DNA from: Eledone cirrhosa
Lineage: Eukaryota
NCBI GenBank assembly: GCA_964016885.1
Contig: OZ024742.1
Coordinates: 168,206,001-168,270,000 of the forward strand
DNA: 64,000 nucleotides
Reading direction: 5' to 3'
The notes beneath the pieces are model-generated. The model ran no database searches and was not told the DNA's origin. It saw only the letters and a list, made by a program, of their open reading frames with translations. The position numbers and the translations under genes were made by a program. Every line of letters begins with the position of its first letter. Within the stretch, counting starts at the first letter, position 1. Of this stretch, positions 1 to 11,278 are shown piece by piece.

Positions 1-854
1 AAAAGAAACATTAAAACAGCATTTAAAAAATCCATTGAAAAAATCCATTTAAAAAAATCCATTAAAAAATCCATTAAAAATCCATTAAAAATCCATTAAA
101 AATCCATTAAAAATTCATTAAAAAATCCATTTAAAAAACCCATTAAAAAAACCATTTAAAAAATCCATTAAAAAAAATACATTTAAAAAAACCCATTAAA
201 AAAAATCCATTAAAAATCCATTAAAAAAAATCCATTTAAAAAAAATTCATTAAAAAATCCATTAAAAATCCATTAAAAATCCATTAAAAATCCATTAAAA
301 ATCCATTAAAAATCCATTAAAAAATCCATTTAAAAAACCCATTAAAAAAAGCATTAAAAAATCCATTTAAAAAATCCATTAAAAAAAATCCATTTAAAAC
401 AACCCATTAAAAAAAATCCATTAAAAAAAACCCATTAAAAAAATCCATTAAAAAAATCCATTTAAAAAATCCATTAAAAAAAATCCATTAAAAAAAATCC
501 ATAAAAAAATCCATAAAAAAAATCCATTAAAAATCCATTAAAAAAATCCATTAAAAATCCATTAAAAAAAATCCATTTAAAAAAGCCATTAAAAAATCCA
601 TTAAAAATCCATTAAAAATCCATTAAAAAACCCATTAAAAAATCCATTTAAAAATCCATTAAAAAAATCCATTAAAAAAATCCATTTAAAAAAACCCATT
701 AAAAAAAATCCATTAAAAAAATCCATTAGAAAATCCATTAAAAAAATCCATTAAAAAAAATCGATAAAAAAAATCCATTAAAAAAAATCCATTAAAAAAA
801 ATCCGTTAAAAAAAATCCATTAAAAAAAAATCCGTTAAAAAAAATCCATTAAAA

Positions 855-939
855 GCTCAATCAAAAACCCATTAAAAACGCCATAAAAAATCATTAAAAT
901 CCCATTAAAGATACATTAAAGGCCCATTAAAAACGCCAT
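855..939 (+). repeat. G-type cassette (representative): GCTCAATCAAAAACCCATTAAAAACGCCATAAAAAATCATTAAAATCCCATT...GGCCCATTAAAAACGCCAT
   Basis: Recurs near 6277, 8561, 23961, 33247, 35230, 39496, 40473, 44074, 45884, 50123, 51117, 57145, 61651 and 62646. It never carries the inverted insert. Confidence 0.9.
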
Positions 940-972
940 AAAAAATCCATTAAAAAAATCCATTAAAAAAAA

Positions 973-1013
973 CTCAATCAAAAACCCATAAAAGAAACAT
1001 TAAAACAGCATTT
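973..1013 (+). repeat. Short cassette (representative): CTCAATCAAAAACCCATAAAAGAAACATTAAAACAGCATTT
   Basis: This 41-bp string, with a TTCAATC variant, recurs dozens of times through the window. Confidence 0.93.
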
Positions 1014-1384
1014 AAAAAATCCATTAAAAATCCATTAAAAAAATCCATTTAAAAAACCCATTAAAAAAAATCCATAAAAAAAAAACTCAATCAAAAACCC
1101 ATAAAAGAAACATTAAAACAGCATTTTAAAAATCCATTAAAAAAATCCATTAAAAAAAATCCATTAAAAAAATCCATTAAAAAAAACCCATTAAAAAAAA
1201 TCCATTTAAAAAATCCATTTAAAAAATCCATTAAAAAAAGTCCATTAAAAAAAATCCATAAAAAAATGCATTAAAAAAATCCATTAAAAAAATCCATTAA
1301 AAAAAATCCATTAAAAATCCATTAAAAAAATCCATTTAAAAAAATCCATTAAAAAAAAATCCGTTAAAAAAAATCCATTAAAAA

Positions 1385-1514
1385 CTCAATCAAAAACCCA
1401 ATTAAAAGGCCATAAAAGAAACATTAAAACAGCATTTAAAATACCATTAAAAACGCCATAAAAAATCATTAAAATCCCATTAAAAATACATTAAAGGCCC
1501 ATTAAAAACGCCAT
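1385..1514 (+). repeat. Long cassette, empty-site form (no inverted insert)
   Basis: CTCAATC-A5-CCCAATT-A4-GGCCAT-A4-GAAACATT-A4-CAGCATTT-A4-TACCATT-A5-CGCCAT-A6-TCATT-A4-TCCCATT...; other empty copies start at 5508, 41003, 51623, 51827, 57686, 57890, 63176 and 63380. Confidence 0.92.
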
Positions 1515-2020
1515 AAAAAATCCATTAAAAAAAACTCAATCAAAAACCCATAAAAGAAACATTAAAACAGCATTTAAAAAACCCATTAAAAATTCATTAA
1601 AAAAATCCATTTAAAAAATCCATTAAAAATCCATTAAAAATCCATTAAAAATCCATTAAAAATCCAATAAAAATTCATTAAAAAATCCATTTAAAAAAAT
1701 CCATTAAAAAAATCCATTAAAAAATCCATTTAAAAAATCCATTTAAAAAATCCATAAAAAAATCCATTAAAAAAATCCATTAAAAATCCATTAAAAATCC
1801 ATTAAAAAATCCATTAAAAAAACCCATTTAAAAAATCCAAAAAAATCCATTTAAAAAATCCATTAAAAAAAATCCATTTAAAAAAACCCATTAAAAAAAA
1901 TCCATTAAAAAAATCCATTTAAAAAATCCATTTAAAAAAATCCATTAAAAAAATCCATAAAAAAAATCCATTAAAAAAAATCCATTAAAAAAAAATCCGT
2001 TAAAGAAAATCCATTAAAAA

Positions 2021-2224
2021 CTCAATCAAAAACCCAATTAAAAGGCCATAAAAGAAACATTAAAACAGCATTTAAAATACCATTAAAAACGCCATAAAAA
2101 ATCATTAAAATTGTTTTTTATGAAATTTATAATATGGCTTTTAATGAACTTTTTAATGGGCTTTTAGAATCATTAAAATCCCATTAAAAATACATTAAAG
2201 GCCCATTAAAAACGCCATAAAAAA
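2021..2224 (+). repeat. Long cassette, filled form (57-bp inverted insert plus 11-bp duplication)
   Basis: Same as the empty form except for 68 extra bp at the AATCATTAAAA site. Confidence 0.93.
2111..2167 (-). repeat. 57-bp inverted satellite-like insert, copy 1 (C allele)
   Basis: TTGTTTTTTATGAAATTTATAATATGGCTTTTAATGAACTTTTTAATGGGCTTTTAG, flanked by AATCATTAAAA at 2100-2110 and 2168-2178. Confidence 0.95.
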
Positions 2225-4070
2225 TCCATTAAAAAAAATCCATTAAAAAAAAATTCAATCAAAAACCCATAAAAGAAACATTAAAACAGCATTTAAAAAA
2301 CCCATAAAAAATTCATTAAAAAAATCCATTTAAAAAATCCATTAAAAATCCATTAAAAATCCATTAAAAATCCATTAAAAAATCCATTTAAAAAACCCAT
2401 TAAAAAAATCCATTAAAAAAATCCATTTAAAAATCCATTAAAAAAAATCCATTTAAAAAAACCCATTAAAAAAAGTCCATTAAAAAATCCATTTAAAAAA
2501 TCCATAAAAAAAAATCCATAAAAAAAATCCATTAAAAAAAATCCATTAAAAAAAAAATCCGTTAAAAAAAATCCATTAAAAATCCCTTAAAAATCCATTA
2601 AAAATCCATTAAAAATCCATTAAAAATCCATTAAAAATCCATTTAAAAAAATCCATTAAAAAAATCCATTAAAAAAATCCATTAAAAAAATCCATTAAAA
2701 AAAATCCATTAAAAAAAAATCCATTAAAAAAAATCCATTAAAAAAAATCAATTTAAAAAAATCCATTAAAAAATCCATTAAAAAAGTCCATAAAAATCCA
2801 TTAAAAAAATCCATTTAAAAAAATCCATTTAAAAATCCATTAAAAACCCATTAAAAATCCATTAAAAATCCATTAAAAATCCATTAAAAAATCCATTAAA
2901 AAAATCCATTTAAAAAACCCATAAAAGAAACATTAAAACAGCATTTAAAAAACCCATTAAAAATTCATTAAAAAAATCCATTTGAAAAATCCATTAAAAA
3001 TCCATTAAAAATCCATTAAAAATCCATTAAAAATCCATTTGAAAAAATCCATTAAAAAAATCCATTAAAAAATCCATTTAAAAAATCCATTAAAAAAAAT
3101 CCATTAATAAAAACTCAATCAAAAACCCATAAAAGAAACATTAAAACAACATTTAAAAAATCCATTAAAAAAATCCATTTAAAAAAATCCATTAAAAAAT
3201 ATATTAAAAATCCATTAAAAATCCATTAAAAATCCATTAAAAATCATTAAAAATCCATTAAAAATACATTAAAAATCCATTAAAAAATCCATTTAAAAAA
3301 ATCAATTAAAAAAATCCATTAAAAAAAATCCATTAAAAAAAAATCCATTAAAAAAAAATCCATTAAAAAAAATCAATTAAAAAAAATCCATTAAAAATCC
3401 ATTAAAAAATCCATTAAAAACCCATTAAAAATCCATTAAAAATCCATTAAAAATCCATTTAAAAAACCCATTAAAAAAAATCCATTAAAATAATCCATTT
3501 AAAAAATCTATTTAAAAAAATCCATTAAAAAAAACCCATTAAAAAAAAATCCATTAAAAAAATCCATTTAAAAATCCATTTAAAAAAATCCATTAAAAAA
3601 ATTCATTAAAAAAATAACATTTAAAAAATCCATTAAAAAAAATCCATTAAAAAAAACTCAATCAAAAACCCATAAAAGAAACATTAAAACAGCATTTAAA
3701 AAATCCATTAAAAAAATCCATTTAAAAAAATCCATTAAAAAATCCATTAAAAAATCCATTAAAAATCCATTAAAAATCCATTAAAAATCCATTAAAAATC
3801 CATTAAAAATCCATTAAAAATCCATTAAAAAATCCAATTAAAAAAATCCATTAAAAAAATCCATTAAAAAATCCATTTAAAAAATCCATTAAAAAAAATC
3901 CATTAAAAAAAATCCATTAAAAAAAATCCATTAAAAAAAATCCATTAAAAAAAAAATCCGTAAAAAAAATCCATTAAAAACTCAATCAAAAACCCAATTA
4001 AAAGGCCTTAAAAGAAACATTAAAACAGCATTTAAAATACCATTAAAAATGCCATAAAAAATCATTAAAA

Positions 4071-4127
4071 TTGTTTTTTATGAAATTTATAATATGGCTG
4101 TTAATGAACTTTTTAATGGGCTTTTAG
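4071..4127 (-). repeat. 57-bp inverted insert, copy 2 (C allele, private T>G at 4100)
   Basis: Same string, with GGCTGTTAATG. Confidence 0.93.
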
Positions 4128-5802
4128 AATCATTAAAATCCCATTAAAAATACATTAAAGGCCCATTAAAAACGCCATAAAAAATCCATTAAAAAAAATC
4201 CATTAAAAAAAAATTCAATCAAAAACCCATAAAAGAAACATTAAAACGGCATTTAAAAAACCCATTAAAAATTCATTAAAAAAATCCATTTAAAAAATCC
4301 ATTAAAAATCCATTAAAAATCCATTAAAAATCCATTAAAAATACATTAAAAATCCATTAAAAAAAATCCATTAAAAAAATCCATTAAAAAATCCATTTAA
4401 AAAATCCATTAAAAAAAATCCATTAAAAAAAACTCAATCAAAAACCCATAAAAGAAACATTAAAACAGCATTTAAAAAATCCATTAAAAAAAATCCATTT
4501 AAAAAAATCCATTAAAAAAGCCATTAAAAATCCATTAAAAATCCATTAAAAATCCATTAAAAATCCATTAAAAATCCATTAAAAAATCCATCTAAAAAAA
4601 TCCATTAAAAAAATCCATTAAAAAAATTCATTTAAAAAATCCATTAAAAAAATCCATTTAAAAAATCCATTAAAAAAAATCCATTAAAAAAAATCCATAA
4701 AAAAATCCAATAAAAAAAATCCATTAAAAAAAATCCGTTAAAAAAAATCCATTAAAAATCCATTAAAAATCCATTCAAAATCCATTAAAAATCCATTAAA
4801 AATCCATTAAAAATCCATTAAAAATCCATTAAAAAATCCATTTAAAAAAATCCATTAAAAAATTCATTTAAAAAATCCATTTAAAAAATCCATTAAAAAA
4901 AATCCATTAAAAAAAACTCAATCAAAAACCCATAAAAGAAACATTAAAACAGCATTTAAAAAATCCATTAAAAAAATCCATTTAAAAAAATCCATTAAAA
5001 AATCCATTAAAAAATCCATTAAAAATCCATTAAAAATACATTAAAAATCCATTAAAAATTCATTAAAAAATCCATTTAAAAAAATCCATTAAAAAAATCC
5101 ATTAAAAAATCCATTTAAAAAATCCATTAAAAAAAATCCATTAAAAAAAATCCATAAAAAAATCCATTAAAAAAATCCATTAAAAAATCCATTAAAAAAA
5201 AATCCATTAAAAATCCATTAAAAAAATCCATTTAAAAAATCCATTTAAAAATCCATTAAAAATCCATTAAAAATCCATTAAAAATCCATTAAAAAATCCA
5301 TTAAAAAAACCCATTTAAAAAATCCAAAAAAATCCATTTAAAAAATCCATTAAAAAAAATCCATTTAAAAAAACCCATTAAAAAAATCCATTAAAAAAAT
5401 CCATTTAAAAAATCCATTAAAAAAAATCCATTAAAAAAAATCCATAAAAAAAATCCATTAAAAAAAATCCATTAAAAAAAAATCCGTTAAAAAAAATCCA
5501 TTAAAAACTCAATCCAAAACCCAATTAAAAGGCCATAAAAGAAACATTAAAACAGCATTTAAAATACCATTAAAAACGCCATAAAAAATCATTAAAATCC
5601 CATTAAAAATACATTAAAGGCCCATTAAAAACGCCATAAAAAATCCATTAAAAAAAATCCATTAAAAAAAATCCATTAAAAAAAAAATCCGTTAAAAAAA
5701 ATCCATTAAAAACTCAATCAAAAACCCAATTAAAAGGCCATAAAAGAAACATTAAAACAGCATTTAAAATACCATTAAAAACGCCATAAAAAATCATTAA
5801 AA

Positions 5803-5859
5803 TTGTTTTTTATGAAATTTATAATATGGCTTTTAATGAACTTTTTAATGGGCTTTTAG
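5803..5859 (-). repeat. 57-bp inverted insert, copy 3 (C allele)
   Basis: Same string as copy 1. Confidence 0.93.
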
Positions 5860-8047
5860 AATCATTAAAATCCCATTAAAAATACATTAAAGGCCCATTA
5901 AAAACGCCATAAAAAATCCATTAAAAAAAATCCATTAAAAAAAAATTCAATCAAAAACCCATAAAAGAAACATTAAAACAGCATTTAAAAAACCCATTAA
6001 AAATTCATTAAAAAAATCCATTTAAAAAATCCATTAAAAATCCATTAAAAATCCATTAAAAATCCATTAAAAATACATTAAAAATCCATTAAAAAAAATC
6101 CATTAAAAAAATCCATTTAAAAAAATCCATTAAAAACCCATTAAAAATCCATTAAAAAATCCATTTAAAAACCCATTAAAAAAAATCCATTAAAAAATAC
6201 ATTTAAAAAATCCATTAAAAAAAAATCCATTTAAAAAATCCATTAAAAAAAATCCATTAAAAAAAATCCATTAAAAGCTCAATCAAAAACCCATTAAAAA
6301 CGCCATAAAAAATCATTAAAATCCCATTAAAAATACATTAAAGGCCCATTAAAAACGCCATAAAAAATCCATTGAAAAAATCCATTAAAAAAAAACTCAA
6401 TCAAAAACCCATAAAAGAAACATTAAAACAGTATTTAAAAAATCCATTGAAAAAATCCATTTAAAAAAATCCATTAAAAAATCCATTAAAAATCCATTAA
6501 AAATCCATTAAAAATCCATTAAAAATTCATTAAAAAATCCATTTAAAAAACCCATTAAAAAAACCATTTAAAAAATCCATTAAAAAAAATACATTTAAAA
6601 AAACCCATTAAAAAAAATCCATTAAAAATCCATTAAAAAAAATCCATTTAAAAAAAATTCATTAAAAAATCCATTAAAAATCCATTAAAAATCCATTAAA
6701 AATCCATTAAAAATCCATTAAAAATCCATTAAAAATCCATTAAAAATCCATTAAAAAATCCATTTAAAAAACCCATTAAAAAAAGCATTAAAAAATCCAT
6801 TTAAAAAATCCATTAAAAAAAATCCATTTAAAACAACCCATTAAAAAAAATCCATTCAAAAAAACCCATTAAAAAAAATCCATTAAAAAAATCCATTTAA
6901 AAAATCCATTAAAAAAAATCCATTAAAAAAAATCCATAAAAAAATCCATTAAAAAAATCCATTAAAAATCCATTAAAAATCCATTAAAAATCCATTAAAA
7001 ATCCATTTAAAAAAATCCATTAAAAAAATCCATTAAAAAAATCCATTTAAAAAATCCATTAAAAAAAATCCATTAAAAAAAAATCCATTAAAAAAAATCC
7101 ATTAAAAAAAATCAATTTAAAAAAATCCATTAAAAATCCATTAAAAAAATCCATTTAAAAAAATTCATTAAAAACCCATTAAAAATCCATTAAAAATCCA
7201 TTAAAAAATCCATTTAAAAAACCCATAAAAAAAAATCCATTAAAAAAATCCATTAAAAAAAAATCCATTTAAAAAAAACCCATTGAAAAAATCCATTAAA
7301 AAAATCCATTTAAAAAATCCATTAAAAAAATCCATTAAAAAAAACTAAATCAAAAACCCATAAAAGAAACATTAAAACAGCATTTAAAAAATCCATTAAA
7401 AATCCATTAAAAAAATCCATTTAAAAAATCCATTAAAAAATCCATTAAAAATCCATTAAAAATCCATTAAAAAATACATTTAAAAAAATCCATTAAAAAA
7501 ATCCATTTAAAAAATCCATTAAAAAATCCATTTAAAAAATCCATTAAAAAAAATCCATTAAAAAAACCATTAAAAAATCCATTAAAAAAAATCCCATTAA
7601 AAATACATTAAAGGCCCATTAAAAACGCCATAAAAAATCCATTAAAAAAATCCATTAAAAAAAAACTCAATCAAAAACCCATAAAAGAAACATTAAAACA
7701 GCATTTAAAAAACCCATTAAAAATTCATTAAAAAAAATCCATTTAAAAAATCCATTAAAAAATACATTAAAAATCCATTTAAAATCCATTAAAAATCCAT
7801 TAAAAAATCCAATTAAAAAAATCCATTAAAAAAATCCATTAAAAAATCCATTTAAAAAATCCATTAAAAAAAATCCATTAAAAAAAATCCATTAAAAAAA
7901 AATCCATTAAAAAAAATCCATTAAAAAAAAAATCCGTTAAAAAAAATCCATTAAAAACTCAATCAAAAACCCAATTAAAAGGCCATAAAAGAAACATTAA
8001 AACAGCATTTAAAATACCATTAAAAACGCCATAAAAAATCATTAAAA

Positions 8048-8104
8048 TTGTTTTTTATGAAATTTATAATATGGCTTTTAATGAACTTTTTAATGGGCTT
8101 TTAG
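8048..8104 (-). repeat. 57-bp inverted insert, copy 4 (C allele)
   Basis: Same string as copy 1. Confidence 0.93.
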
Positions 8105-9571
8105 AATCATTAAAATCCCATTAAAAATACATTAAAGGCCCATTAAAAACGCCATAAAAAATCCATTAAAAAAAATCCATTAAAAAAAATTCAATCAAAA
8201 ACCCATAAAAGAAACATTAAATCAGCATTTAAAAAATCCATTAAAAATTCATTAAAAAAATCCATTTAAAAAATCCATTAAAAATCCATTAAAAATCCAT
8301 TAAAAATCCATTAAAAATACATTAAAAATCCTTTAAAAAAAATCCATTAAAAAAATCCATTTAAAAAAATCCATTAAAAACCCATTAAAAATCCATTAAA
8401 AAATCCATTTAAAAACCCATTTAAAAAAATCCATTAAAAAAATACATTTAAAAAATCCATTAAAAAAAATCCATTTAAAAAACCCATTAAAAAAAATCCA
8501 TTAAAAAAATCCATTTAAAAAATCCATTAAAAAAAATCCATTAAAAAAAATGCATTAAAAGCTCAATCAAAAACCCATTAAAAACGCCATAAAAAATCAT
8601 TAAAATCCCATTAAAAATACATTAAAGGCCCATTAAAAACGCCATAAAAAATCCATTGAAAAAATCCATTAAAAAAAAACTCAATCAAAAACCCATAAAA
8701 GAAACATTAAAACATCATTTAAAAATCCATTAAAAATCCATTAAAAATCCATTAAAAATCCATTAAAAATTCATTAAAAAATCCATTTAAAAAACCCATT
8801 AAAAAAACCATTTAAAAAATCCACTAAAAAAAATCCATTTAAAAAAACCCATTAAAAAAAATCCATTAAAAATCCATTAAAAAAAATCCATTTAAAAAAA
8901 TTCATTAAAAAATCCATTAAAAATCCATTAAAAATCCATTAAAAATCCATTAAAAATCCATTAAAAAATCCATTTAAAAAACCCATTAAAAAAAGCCATT
9001 AAAAAATCCATTTAAAAAATCCATTAAAAAAAATCCATTTAAAACAACCCATTAAAAAAAATCCATTAAAAAAAAACCCATTAAAAAAAATCCATTAAAA
9101 ATCCATTTAAAAAATCCATTAAAAAAATCCATTAAAAAAAATCCATAAAAAAATCCATTAAAAAAATCCATTAAAAATCCATTAAAAAAATCCATTAAAA
9201 AAAATTCATTAAAAACCCATTAAAAATCCATTTAAAAAACCCATTAAAAAATCCATTAAAAATCCATTAAAAATCCATTTAAATCCATTAAAAAACCCAT
9301 TAAAAAAATCCATTTAAAAAATCCATTAAAAAAAATCCATTTAAAAAAACCCATTAAAAAAATCCATTAAAAAATCCATTTAAAAAATTCATTAAAAAAA
9401 ATCCATTAAAAAAATCCATAAAAAAAATCCATTAAAAAAAATCCATTAAAAAAAAATCCGTTAAAAAAAATCCATTAAAAACTCAATCAAAAACCCAATT
9501 AAAAGGCCATAAAAGAAACATTAAAACAGCATTTAAAATACCATTAAAAACGCCATAAAAAATCATTAAAA

Positions 9572-9628
9572 TTGTTTTTTATGAAATTTATAATATGGCT
9601 TTTAATGAATTTTTTAATGGGCTTTTAG
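9572..9628 (-). repeat. 57-bp inverted insert, copy 5 (T allele)
   Basis: GAATTTTTTAATGGG in place of GAACTTTTTAATGGG. Confidence 0.93.
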
Positions 9629-11221
9629 AATCATTAAAATCCCATTAAAAATACATTAAAGGCCCATTAAAAACGCCATAAAAAATCCATTAAAAAAATC
9701 CATTAAAAAAAAACTCAATCAAAAACCCATAAAAGAAACATTAAAACAGCATTTAAAAAATCCATTAAAAATCCATTAAAAAAAAATCCATAAAAAAATC
9801 CATTAAAAATCCATTAAAAAATCCATTTAAAAAAATCGATTAAAAAATCCATTAAAAACCCATTAAAAATCCATTAAAAATCCATTAAAAATCCATTAAA
9901 AAATCCATTTAAAAAACCCATTAAAAAAATCCATTAAAAAATCCATTTAAAAATCCATTAAAAAAATCCATTTAAAAAAACCCATTAAAAAAAATCCATT
10001 AAAAAAATCCATTTAAAAAATCCATAAAAAAAATCCATAAAAAAAATCCATTAAAAAAAATCCATTAAAAAAAAAATCCGTTAAAAAAAATCCATTAAAA
10101 ATCCATTAAAAATCCATTAAAAATCCATTAAAAATCCATTAAAAATCCATTTAAAAAAATCCATTAAAAAAATCCATTAAAAAAATCCATTTAAAAAATC
10201 CATTAAAAAAAATCCATTAAAAAAAAATCCATTAAAAAAAATCCATTAAAAATCCATTAAAAAAATCCATTAAAAAAAATCCATTAAAAACCCATTAAAA
10301 ATCCATTAAAAATCCATTAAAAAATCCATTTAAAAAAACCATTAAAAAAATCCATTAAAAAAATCCATTTAAAAAATCCATTAAAAAAAAATCCATTAAA
10401 AAAAACCCATTAAAAAAAATCCATTAAAAAAATCCATTTAAAAAATCCATTAAAAAAAATCCATTAAAAAAAACTCAATCAAAAACCCATAAAAGAAACA
10501 TTAAAACAGCATTTAAAAAATCCATTAAAAATCCATTAAAAAAATCCATTTAAAAAATCCATTAAAAAATCCATTAAAAATCCATTAAAAATCCATTAAA
10601 AAATCCATTTAAAAAAATCCATTAAAAAAATCCATTTAAAAAATCCATTAAAAAATCCATTTAAAAAATCCATTAAAAAAAATCCATTAAAAAAAAACAT
10701 TAAAAAATCCATTAAAAAAAATCCCATTAAAAATACATTAAAGGCCCATTAAAAACGCCATAAAAAATCCATTAAAAAAATCCATTAAAAAAAAACTCAA
10801 TCAAAAACCCATAAAAGAAACATTAAAACAGCATTTAAAAAATCCATTAAAAAAATCCATTTAAAAAAATCCATTAAAAAATCCATTAAAAATCCATTAA
10901 AAATCCATTAAAAATCCATTAAAAATCCATTAAAAAATCCATTAAAAATCCATTAAAAATCCATTAAAAATCCATTAAAAAATCCATTTAAAAAAATCCA
11001 TTAAAAAAATCCATTAAAAAATCCATTTAAAAAATCCATTTAAAAAAATCCATTAAAAAAAATCCATTAAAAAAAAATCCATTAAAAAAAATCCATTAAA
11101 AAAAAATCCGTTAAAAAAAATCCATTAAAAACTCAATCAAACACCCAATTAAAAGGCCATAAAAGAAACATTAAAACAGCATTTAAAATACCATTAAAAA
11201 CGCCATAAAAAATCATTAAAA

Positions 11222-11278
11222 TTGTTTTTTATGAAATTTATAATATGGCTTTTAATGAACTTTTTAATGGGCTTTTAG
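11222..11278 (-). repeat. 57-bp inverted insert, copy 6 (C allele)
   Basis: Same string as copy 1; the upstream cassette has the CAAACACCC variant. Confidence 0.93.

Noticed and set aside
1380-1392. DUX-like motif in AAACTCAATCA
   Set aside because: It mismatches the TAAYYBAATCA consensus at the first base, and the host is unknown, so the support is too weak.
2100-2178. MITE or other transposon, suggested by the 11-bp target-site-like duplication
   Set aside because: There are no terminal inverted repeats, no coding capacity and only one insertion site in all copies. The sequence is itself inverted satellite.
2150-2190. Rho-independent terminator or structured ncRNA
   Set aside because: The stem is AT-rich, there is no upstream gene, and there are no tRNA or rRNA features; the pairing follows from the inversion.
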